Source: Clostridia bacterium
Lineage (GTDB): Bacteria; Bacillota; Clostridia; Christensenellales; CAG-138
Length of the DNA stretch: 64,000 nt
NCBI GenBank assembly: GCA_017538255.1
Contig: JAFYJD010000012.1
Span: forward strand, 5,714-69,713
Direction of reading: 5' to 3'
Positions 57,206-64,000 of this stretch are shown here, in pieces. Positions within the stretch are counted from its first letter, which is position 1; every line of letters begins with the position of its first letter. The notes beneath the pieces were generated by a model. The model worked only from the letters and a program-made list of their open reading frames with translations. It was not told the origin of the DNA and did no database searches. The position numbers and the translations under genes are program-made.

Positions 57206-58705
57206 ATGTATCTAAAAGAAGAAGGAAAGATTTGGCTTGCGACGGGCGATGAGAAAGTTTATCTTGAGCCTTCTATGGCGAACAGACACGGACTTATCGC
57301 GGGCGCGACAGGTACAGGTAAGACCGTTACGCTGAAGGTGATCGCAGAATCGTTCAGCGAACTCGGCATTCCCGTGTTCCTTGCCGATATCAAAGGCGAT
57401 ATTTCCGGTATGTGTGAGCCCGGCGTCGAGAATAAGCATATCAAACGCAGCATCGATACGATGGGGATAGAGAACTTCAACTATACCTCTTATCCGGTGC
57501 GCTTCTTCGATGTATACGGCAAACTCGGACATCCAGTCAGAACGACCATCTCCGATATGGGTCCGGAACTTCTTGCAAGGCTCCTTGGCCTGAACGATAC
57601 GCAAAGCGGCGTATTGAGGATCATATTCAGGATCGCAGACGATAAGCAGCTCCTGCTTATTGACCTCAAAGACCTCCGCAGCATGCTTCAGCATGTTGGC
57701 GACAATGCCGCAGACTATAAGCTGACATACGGCAACGTATCCGCTCAATCAATCGGCGCGATCCAGCGCGCGTTGTTGACTCTTGAGGACGAAGGCGGCG
57801 ATCTGTTCTTTGGAGAACCGAATCTCGACATCAGGGATTGGTTTGAATGGGCGGAGGACGGCAGGGGAATGATGAACATTCTCGAGTGTCAGGAACTGTT
57901 CCAGCATCCGCTTCTATACAGCACCTTCCTGCTTTGGATGCTCTCCGAACTCTACGAAATGCTTCCCGAGGCCGGCGACCTTGACAAACCGAAGATCGCG
58001 TTCTTCTTTGACGAAGCGCATCTTTTGTTCAATAACGCACCGAAGGCTCTGCTTGAAAAGGTCGAACAGGTCGTAAGGCTCATCCGTTCAAAGGGTGTCA
58101 GCGTTTGGTTTATAACGCAGAATCCTTCCGATATCCCGGAAAGCGTTCTCGGACAACTCGGAAGTCGTGTTCAGCATGCTCTGCGCGCCTATACCCCAAA
58201 TGAGCAAAAAGCGATACGCTATGCCGCACGCTCCTTTAGGACGAACCCGAACTTCGATACCGAGCGCGTGCTTCAGGAACTCGCTGTAGGTGAAGCGCTT
58301 GTTTCCGTCCTCGATATAAAAGGCGTTCCAACCATCGTCGAACGCGCAAATATTCTGCCGCCCAAGAGCAGTATGGCGTCCGTTGAGCCGGATGTCATAT
58401 CAAAAGTCGTTGCGGCAAGCCCTCTTTATGTCAAATACAACTCCGCGTTGGACAGGGAATCCGCATACGAACTGTTGAATGAACAGAGAGAAAAAGAGGC
58501 GAAGGAGAAAGCGGAAGCGGAGGCTGCCGCACAGAAGGAAAAAGAAAAGAAAGAGAAGGAAAAGGAAAAAGAGAAGGCCGCAAAGAAAAAGGCGACCAAG
58601 AAGAGACAGTCCGCGCTGGGCAAAGCGGCAAGTTCCGCAGCCAACTCATTTGGACGCGAGATCGGCAAAAGCATCTTCCGCGGTCTCTTCGGAACGAGAA
58701 GATGA
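57206..58705 (+). CDS. HerA-like ATPase, DUF853 family (YjgR homologue)
   Basis: MANRHGLIAGATGTGKTVTLKVIAE (Walker A) and FFFDEAHLLF (Walker B). The C-terminal tail is Lys/Glu-rich. Start ATG 57206. Confidence 0.85.
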   Translation: MYLKEEGKIWLATGDEKVYLEPSMANRHGLIAGATGTGKTVTLKVIAESFSELGIPVFLADIKGDISGMCEPGVENKHIKRSIDTMGIENFNYTSYPVRFFDVYGKLGHPVRTTISDMGPELLARLLGLNDTQSGVLRIIFRIADDKQLLLIDLKDLRSMLQHVGDNAADYKLTYGNVSAQSIGAIQRALLTLEDEGGDLFFGEPNLDIRDWFEWAEDGRGMMNILECQELFQHPLLYSTFLLWMLSELYEMLPEAGDLDKPKIAFFFDEAHLLFNNAPKALLEKVEQVVRLIRSKGVSVWFITQNPSDIPESVLGQLGSRVQHALRAYTPNEQKAIRYAARSFRTNPNFDTERVLQELAVGEALVSVLDIKGVPTIVERANILPPKSSMASVEPDVISKVVAASPLYVKYNSALDRESAYELLNEQREKEAKEKAEAEAAAQKEKEKKEKEKEKEKAAKKKATKKRQSALGKAASSAANSFGREIGKSIFRGLFGTRR

Positions 58706-58725
58706 CAGTACAGGATAAAAAGCAA

Positions 58726-58756
58726 AAGCGGTGCATTTTAGTGCACCGCTTTATTT
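58726..58756. terminator. bidirectional rho-independent terminator
   Basis: aagcggtgca / tgcaccgctt stem flanked by A-runs and T-runs, between convergent DUF853 and tkt. Confidence 0.7.
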
Positions 58757-58761
58757 AATAA

Positions 58762-60747
58762 TCATTTGTTCTTTTCTATAACAGCCTTCACTTTATCCGC
58801 AAGATTCGCCGTTATGAAACCGAAATGGCTGTATAGCATTGAGCCAGGTGCAGACGCTCCGAAGCCCGTCATAGAGAGGACGTCGCCGTCGAGTCCCACA
58901 TATCGATACCAACTCGTACCGCCGAGCGCTTCCACGGCAATCCGATTGCGGCACGAAGACGGCAGAACAGCTGTTTGGTATTCGCGGGATTGCTCATCAA
59001 AGAGTTCACAGCAGGGCATAGATATAACTCGGATGCTCAACCCGGACCCTTCGAGCAGTGCCTTTGCATCAAGCGCAAGTGAAACCTCAGAGCCTGTTGC
59101 GATGATGACAGCGTCGAGCCTGCTTTCATCGCATTCCTTGCCGATGATGTAGCCGCCTTTGAGCGCATCTTTCCCGGTGCCGTTGAGTTGCGGCAGGTTC
59201 TGCCTTGAGAATGCAAGGATGGCGGGGGACTTCAAGCCGAGTGCTGCGATATAGCAAGCGGCGGTCTCCCTTCCGTCAGCAGGGCGGAAAACATAGGTGT
59301 TCGGGGTAGAACGGAACATATCGAGCTGCTCGATCGGCTGATGTGTCGGACCGTCCTCGCCGACACAAATGCTGTCATGAGTCATAATGTAAATAACGTT
59401 CAGATCCATCAGCGCGGAGAGCCTCTCTGCGGGCTTCAAGTAGTCGGCAAATACGAGGAATCCGGCCAGAAATGGCTTTAGGCCGCCGTAAAGCGCAATG
59501 CCGTTTGAGATCGCCGCCATAGCAAACTCCCTAACGCCATAGTGCATATTCCTGCCGCTTGGGTCGATTTTTGAGAAGAAACCCGAACATTTGAGTTCGC
59601 TCATATTGGTGGGCGCAAGATCGGCGCTGCCGCCAAAGAGGTTTTCTATCCTTTCGGCAAGCCTGTTGAGCACGGTGCCGGAACATACCCTTGTGGCGAT
59701 CGGTTTGTCTTCAAACTCGAAAATCGCTTCATCATCGGCAAGACCGTCAGGAAGTTTGCCCGAAAGCCAAAGTTCAAGTTTGGCATAGAGTTCGGGATAC
59801 TTTTGAGCGTATGCCTTCAGCATATCGTCATATTCGCGGATATAGGCTTTGTCTGATTCAAGCATATTTTCGATATGCGCTTTGACCTCCTCGGGCACGG
59901 TAAAAGCACCGTAATTCCAGCCGAGTTTTTCTTTCCACTGTGCGATAACATCCTCGCCGAGCGGCGCGCCGTGGCTCGATGCTGAACCCTCTTTTGCGGT
60001 GCCGTGAGCGATATTTGTACGAACGATGATGAGCGAGGGCTTATCCGCGATCTTCGCTTCATCGATTGCAAGCCTAACAGCGTCGATATTCTCGCCGTCA
60101 TCGATCTTAATGATATGCCAACCGAACGCTTCAAAGCGGGCGCCGACATCCTCGGTAAAGGTAATATCCGTACTGCCTTCGATCGTGATGCGGTTGCTGT
60201 CATAGAGCGCGATAAGTTTATTCAGCCCAAGTGTTCCCGCAAGGGAAGCCGCCTCGCCGGAGATGCCTTCCATAAGGCAACCGTCGCCAACAATAGTATA
60301 GGTATAGTTGTCAAATACCCTGTATTCGTCCCTGTTGAAAACGGATGCAAGGTGTTTTTCGGCGACAGCCATACCTACTGCCATAGCAAAGCCTTGACCA
60401 AGGGGACCGGTAGAAGCCTCAACACCGGCGGTGTTTTTAAACTCGGGATGACCGGCGGTGCGGCTGCCAAACTGACGGAACGACTTTATGTCGTCGATCG
60501 TGACATCATAACCGAACAAATGAAGAAGGGAATAATTGAGCATCGAAGCATGACCGGCGCTCAATATGAATCGGTCGCGGCCGAGCCAGTTCGTGCGTTT
60601 GGGATCTTTGCGCATTTTCTCGAAGACGGCAAGCCCCATAGGTGCCGCGCCGATAGCGAGGCCGGGGTGCCCGCTCTTGGCTTTTTGTATCGCATCCGCT
60701 GCGAGAGTCCTGATCGTATTTACAGTAAGCAAATCGATGTTGTTCAT
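58762..60747 (-). CDS. tkt: transketolase
   Basis: IRTLAADAIQKAKSGHPG, the ThDP motif GDGCLMEG, and 661 aa. Confidence 0.97.
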   Translation of the reverse strand: MNNIDLLTVNTIRTLAADAIQKAKSGHPGLAIGAAPMGLAVFEKMRKDPKRTNWLGRDRFILSAGHASMLNYSLLHLFGYDVTIDDIKSFRQFGSRTAGHPEFKNTAGVEASTGPLGQGFAMAVGMAVAEKHLASVFNRDEYRVFDNYTYTIVGDGCLMEGISGEAASLAGTLGLNKLIALYDSNRITIEGSTDITFTEDVGARFEAFGWHIIKIDDGENIDAVRLAIDEAKIADKPSLIIVRTNIAHGTAKEGSASSHGAPLGEDVIAQWKEKLGWNYGAFTVPEEVKAHIENMLESDKAYIREYDDMLKAYAQKYPELYAKLELWLSGKLPDGLADDEAIFEFEDKPIATRVCSGTVLNRLAERIENLFGGSADLAPTNMSELKCSGFFSKIDPSGRNMHYGVREFAMAAISNGIALYGGLKPFLAGFLVFADYLKPAERLSALMDLNVIYIMTHDSICVGEDGPTHQPIEQLDMFRSTPNTYVFRPADGRETAACYIAALGLKSPAILAFSRQNLPQLNGTGKDALKGGYIIGKECDESRLDAVIIATGSEVSLALDAKALLEGSGLSIRVISMPCCELFDEQSREYQTAVLPSSCRNRIAVEALGGTSWYRYVGLDGDVLSMTGFGASAPGSMLYSHFGFITANLADKVKAVIEKNK

Positions 60748-60881
60748 AGTCCCTCCGTTTATCGTTTATATGGTTGTTTCGACCTTTATCCGCAAATTAT
60801 GCGTATTTATTATACCGCCAATTCACTTAGGCTTCAATATGCTAAATAATATTTAATTCTAAAAAAGGGATCCCATTGCAC

Positions 60882-60910
60882 TTGCAATTTTGGTTTTTTG
60901 AGTGTATAAT
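60882..60910 (+). promoter_or_regulatory. sigma-A promoter of the SRP RNA gene
   Basis: TTGCAA (60882-60887), 17 nt, TATAAT (60905-60910), with a TG at -15/-14. Confidence 0.6.
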
Positions 60911-60912
60911 AC

Positions 60913-61186
60913 TTGCGTTGCGCCAGACGGGGAGTTAGCGGTGCCCTATACCTGCAATCCGCTACAGCAGGGTTGGATCCCCGCCCCGAGGCACATTCCG
61001 GTGCAGTCGGCTCGGTGTCGGTCGTGTTGAAGATCGGGTCCCGTGCAATCGTCTGCCGTGAACCATGTCAGGTCCTGACGGAAGCAGCATTAAGCGGAAT
61101 TGACGGTGTGCCGCGGGCCGGCCTGATTTGAGCGGCCAAACCGTGCAGCGTGTAAGGGCTATGTGTCGAAGGGTGGGTGCGCAACT
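60913..61186 (+). ncRNA. ffs: signal recognition particle RNA, long Bacillus type (Alu domain plus S domain)
   Basis: ggggagttagcggtgccctatacctgcaatccgctacagcaggg matches the B. subtilis scRNA Alu-domain sequence almost base for base. gaaccatgtcaggtcctgacggaagcagcattaag matches conserved helix 8. A terminal helix forms between gttgcgc (60917-60923) and gcgcaac (61179-61185). The ends are approximate. Confidence 0.9.
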
Positions 61187-61189
61187 TTT

Positions 61190-61228
61190 CACAGTTTGTG
61201 AACAAACTGTGAAATTTTTTTATTTTTC
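61190..61228 (+). terminator. rho-independent terminator of the SRP RNA
   Basis: cacagtttg tgaa caaactgtg hairpin followed by aaatttttttattttt. Confidence 0.8.
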
Positions 61229-61302
61229 TCCAAATATACTGTTTTAATTCTTGATTTTATGTTATAATACAAATTAGCAAAATATGTATTTTAGGAGTTG
61301 CA

Positions 61303-62364
61303 ATGATCGTTGTAATACCCGCATACGAGCCCGACGAAAAACTCATTGGACTTGTAGAAAATATTCATAATAATACGGAATATTCCATTGTTATCGTAAA
61401 CGACGGCAGCAGAAGAGAAGGGTGCCGCGAAGTTTTTGAAGCTGTCGCAAAATACGCTGACGTTGTTCATCACGAAGTAAACAAGGGCAAGGGCAGGGCG
61501 CTTAAGACCGCTTATGAACATATCAAAAACAGCGCCAATTATCCCGAACACGATCATATCGTAACCGTTGATGCCGACGGACAGCACCTTATTGAGGACA
61601 TTATCAAGATCGGAGAGGCATCCAAAGAGAATAATGACGCGCTAATCATCGGCGGCAGGAAGTTCAAAGGCAATGTGCCGCTCAAAAGTCGGCTCGGAAA
61701 CGGCATCACGCGCTTCGTTTTCGCCTTTTCAACGGGTGTTCGCGTTTATGACACACAAACGGGTCTTCGTGCGTTTTCGACCGATCACATCGATGAGATG
61801 CTCGCTATCGGCGGCGAAAGATATGAATACGAGATCAATCAACTGCTATATTGCACCAAAAAGCATATAAAGATAATCGAACTTGAGATCGCGACAGTCT
61901 ATATCAACGATAACGAAACCTCGCATTTTCATCCGGTTCGAGATTCTTTCCGCATCTATAAGACGATATTCGCGTTTGTCGGGTCAAGTCTGTTCTGCTT
62001 TTTGCTGGACTATCTGCTTCTGTTGCTGTTGACCTATTTTTTCGTCAAGATCACCGGCGGTGCGGGATTTACGTTGTTTGAACGGGTCATAGAGCCCAAA
62101 CTTATCGCACTGATTATAGCACGAGCCGTCAGTTCAACTGTCAACTATCTTTTGAACAAGACCCTTGTGTTTGACTCTAAATCAAAGGGCAGCGTGTACA
62201 GATATTTTGCGACCGTTATATTCATACTGATAGTCAACTATCTTGTGCTGCTTGTATTCGACAAGGCAGGCATACCGCTTGCTATAGGTCAGATACTCGC
62301 TCAACTTATAATCTATCCACTGAATTATCTGATTCAGCAACGCTTTGTATTTAAGGAGAATTAA
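61303..62364 (+). CDS. bifunctional GT2 glycosyltransferase / GtrA-family fusion (polyprenyl-phosphate sugar synthase-like)
   Basis: GT-A N-terminus IVVIPAYEPDEK...IVNDGS, the DxD-type VTVDADGQH, and DTQTGLRAF. The C-terminal roughly 130 aa has four TM helices with GtrA-like ARAVSSTVNYLLNKTLVF...YPLNYLIQQRFVF. Confidence 0.8.
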   Translation: MIVVIPAYEPDEKLIGLVENIHNNTEYSIVIVNDGSRREGCREVFEAVAKYADVVHHEVNKGKGRALKTAYEHIKNSANYPEHDHIVTVDADGQHLIEDIIKIGEASKENNDALIIGGRKFKGNVPLKSRLGNGITRFVFAFSTGVRVYDTQTGLRAFSTDHIDEMLAIGGERYEYEINQLLYCTKKHIKIIELEIATVYINDNETSHFHPVRDSFRIYKTIFAFVGSSLFCFLLDYLLLLLLTYFFVKITGGAGFTLFERVIEPKLIALIIARAVSSTVNYLLNKTLVFDSKSKGSVYRYFATVIFILIVNYLVLLVFDKAGIPLAIGQILAQLIIYPLNYLIQQRFVFKEN

Positions 62365-62365
62365 T

Positions 62366-63409
62366 TTGACCAGAAACACCATAAAGATCATAACCGTTGT
62401 AGCTGTCGACGCAGTTCTGTTCGCAATACTGCTTTTGACTTTCGCTTGGTTTCATCACGCCAAGCCGCAAAATGTTACTGATCTCGGCACCTTCGAGTTC
62501 CCTAAGTTGTCGCAGCCGCCCGCTGTAAGCAGCCCCCCTGTGAACACGGATACGCCGAACGAAACGCCTTCAAACAATACTGATACAACCGAATCACCTG
62601 TTCCGATTGAGAGCGAAGCGCCCACACCCGAGCCTACAGGGCTTCTTAAGGGCAAGTTTGCGGATAAGTTCACAAGCGGCGAAGTCATCAAAACCGCCGA
62701 TACCTATCGCAGCAAGAATGTTTGCATCGAAATATCCGAGCACGATATGAAGGTTCAATACAACCCGGTGCATTATTTCGTCGCGGATATCTACATTCAG
62801 GATATCACGAGTTTCCGCTGCGCTGTTGCACAAACATCCAACAATAAGGAGAGGGTGGAAGTGATGGCAAGAAATAACGATGCTATCGTCGCAACTTCCG
62901 GCGACTATTTCCTGTTCCATAAGAACGGTCTCGCGATACGCAACGGAGTGCTCCTTCGCGAGACGCTCCATCCGGATCAGGATGTTTGCGTACTCTATCA
63001 GGACGGCACTATGGAGACCTATCTCAAAGGACAGGTTGACCTGCAAAGCATTTACGCAAAACTTCCTTACCACGCTTGGAGTTTCGGGCCGAAACTGCTT
63101 GATAACGGTCAACCTATGACCAAGTTCAACACCAGCGTCGAGACTTGGAATCCGCGTTGCGCTATCGGCTACTACGAACCGGGGCATTACTGCTTGGTGC
63201 TCGTTGACGGCCGCCAGACGGGATACTCGCTCGGCCTAAAAATGCAGGATCTGTCCAAGTTAATGTTTGATCTCGGCTGTACGGAGGCATACAACCTCGA
63301 CGGCGGTATGACCGCTATGATGGCGTACGACGGTGAGTTGATTTCCAAACCCTGCGGCGGCGGCAGACAGAACAGCGATATCCTTTATATCGCCGAGCCT
63401 TTGAGTTGA
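62366..63409 (+). CDS. phosphodiester glycosidase family protein (NAGPA/DUF2233 domain), membrane-anchored with a Pro/Thr/Ser stalk
   Basis: An N-terminal TM, then a linker SQPPAVSSPPVNTDTPNETPSNNTDTTESPVPIESEAPTPEP. Domain motifs IVATSGDYF and AYNLDGGMTAMM. TTG 62366 lies 6 nt after AAGGAGA (the track start 62345 overlaps the upstream gene). Confidence 0.75.
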   Translation: MTRNTIKIITVVAVDAVLFAILLLTFAWFHHAKPQNVTDLGTFEFPKLSQPPAVSSPPVNTDTPNETPSNNTDTTESPVPIESEAPTPEPTGLLKGKFADKFTSGEVIKTADTYRSKNVCIEISEHDMKVQYNPVHYFVADIYIQDITSFRCAVAQTSNNKERVEVMARNNDAIVATSGDYFLFHKNGLAIRNGVLLRETLHPDQDVCVLYQDGTMETYLKGQVDLQSIYAKLPYHAWSFGPKLLDNGQPMTKFNTSVETWNPRCAIGYYEPGHYCLVLVDGRQTGYSLGLKMQDLSKLMFDLGCTEAYNLDGGMTAMMAYDGELISKPCGGGRQNSDILYIAEPLS

Positions 63410-63423
63410 TAAGGAGCAAGTTT

Positions 63424-63684
63424 ATGAAGAACAACAAGAGTTTACGGGTATTTCTTAGGATAACAAGGATACTGCTGTCGCATATCACGATCTATTTTGC
63501 CGTGCTTATACTCATCTGTTATTTCATCGACAGGGTGAATACGGCAATGGAGTTCATCTCAAGCCCATTATCTAAAACCTTTATTATGATACTTGCTTTC
63601 CTTGCGCTGATAACTTCGGTGCTGAATATCATCGCGCTTTGGCATAATCCGGATAAGCGCAGAGAACGCAAAAGAAGGTCGTAG
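63424..63684 (+). CDS. small 2-TM membrane protein with a basic tail, unknown function
   Basis: MKNNKSLRVFLRITRILLSHITIYFAVLILICYF...ILAFLALITSVLNIIALW..RRERKRRS. RBS AAGGAG. Start 14 nt after the upstream stop. Confidence 0.55.
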   Translation: MKNNKSLRVFLRITRILLSHITIYFAVLILICYFIDRVNTAMEFISSPLSKTFIMILAFLALITSVLNIIALWHNPDKRRERKRRS

Positions 63685-63702
63685 TTTAACCAATGAAAAC
63701 AT

Positions 63703-63740
63703 AAAGCCGAATCGATCCGATATCGACTCGGCTTTTTCGT
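63703..63740. terminator. rho-independent terminator (between convergent genes)
   Basis: aagccgaatcgat / atcgactcggctt stem (one mismatch) followed by ttttt. Confidence 0.7.
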
Positions 63741-63785
63741 TGCATAAAGAAGCATTAGTATTATTAAATTACTCAAAGAGCAAAA

Positions 63786-64000
63786 TCATATCGCCTTAGG
63801 ATCGGAATATTTAACAGAAAGAGCTTCTGTCTTTTCAATCGCTCTGTCGATCATATCGCTGAAATCGAATGATGCTTCGCTCGCGCGTATATCTTCCAAC
63901 ACGGGCTTTGTTACGGGGTGCTTGGGCACGAATACCGTGCAGCAATCCTCATAGGGGAGAATGCTGGTTTCGTATGTGCCTATACGCCTTGCCCAGTCCA
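63786..64000 (-). CDS. hypothetical protein, C-terminal part only (runs off right edge)
   Basis: The reverse strand is open from the window edge: ...DWARRIGTYETSILPYEDCCTVFVPKHPVTKPVLEDIRASEASFDFSDMIDRAIEKTEALSVKYSDPKAI, with stop TGA at 63788-63786. I do not recognise the family. Confidence 0.45.
   Translation of the reverse strand, partial: DWARRIGTYETSILPYEDCCTVFVPKHPVTKPVLEDIRASEASFDFSDMIDRAIEKTEALSVKYSDPKAI

Noticed and set aside
58480-58600. Purine-rich short tandem repeats (and the 18-nt repeat at 43837-43920, and the GGnTTC repeats at 12590-12650) considered as CRISPR-like or minisatellite elements.
   Set aside because: All are in frame inside well-supported genes and encode low-complexity protein linkers: the KE-rich tail of DUF853, the TPKPTS linker, and the DnaJ G/F region. 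There is no spacer-repeat architecture.
53260-58705. The idea that the NYN nuclease, zinc-ribbon protein, esterase fusion and HerA-like ATPase form a defence island.
   Set aside because: The genes are on different strands and are separated by their own promoters and terminators. DUF853/YjgR is a widely conserved stand-alone gene. No nuclease-ATPase operon pairing, no mobile-element hallmarks, and housekeeping flanks (yebC, tkt).
60913-61192. ORFs 60913-61131 (+, 72 aa) and 60962-61192 (-, 76 aa).
   Set aside because: They lie inside the SRP RNA gene. The region matches the conserved SRP RNA primary sequence and has an RNA-type promoter and terminator but no RBS.

Overview
This is a 64-kb chromosomal window from a Firmicutes/Clostridia-type anaerobe (taxon inferred from gene content and synteny only). 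About 60 genes are tightly packed and most are core housekeeping. They include hrcA-grpE-dnaK-dnaJ behind a perfect CIRCE operator, nfnAB, glyA, the block ylxM-ffh-rpsP-khpA-rimM-trmD-rplS-rbgA-rnhB-yraN, comM-dprA-topA-trmFO-hslVU, msrA, recR/ybaB, prfB with its programmed +1 frameshift, argS, yebC and tkt. There is also a long (Bacillus-type, about 270 nt) SRP RNA. I found no rRNA or tRNA genes, CRISPR arrays, transposases, integrases, prophage genes or recognisable defence operons. The best candidate for an uncharacterised system is a split lipid-carrier-dependent envelope or protein glycosylation pathway. One part is a GT-C enzyme, a 920-aa PMT(GT39)-type enzyme with two lectin-like domains, and GtrA (30042-34845), sitting between yraN and comM. 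The other part is a GT2-GtrA fusion, a phosphodiester glycosidase and a small membrane protein (61303-63684) next to the SRP RNA. Several secreted proteins in the window carry Pro/Thr-rich linkers that could be acceptors. Other items worth a look are an esterase/condensation-like acyltransferase fusion co-transcribed with a zinc-ribbon membrane protein, a response regulator-histidine kinase-radical SAM operon with overlapping stop/start codons, a HerA-like DUF853 ATPase, a divergent tryptophanase-family lyase, a Cys-rich orphan lipoprotein, and several intercistronic RNA hairpins. All family calls come from motifs read by eye. No BLAST or HMM search and no computed GC statistics were available.
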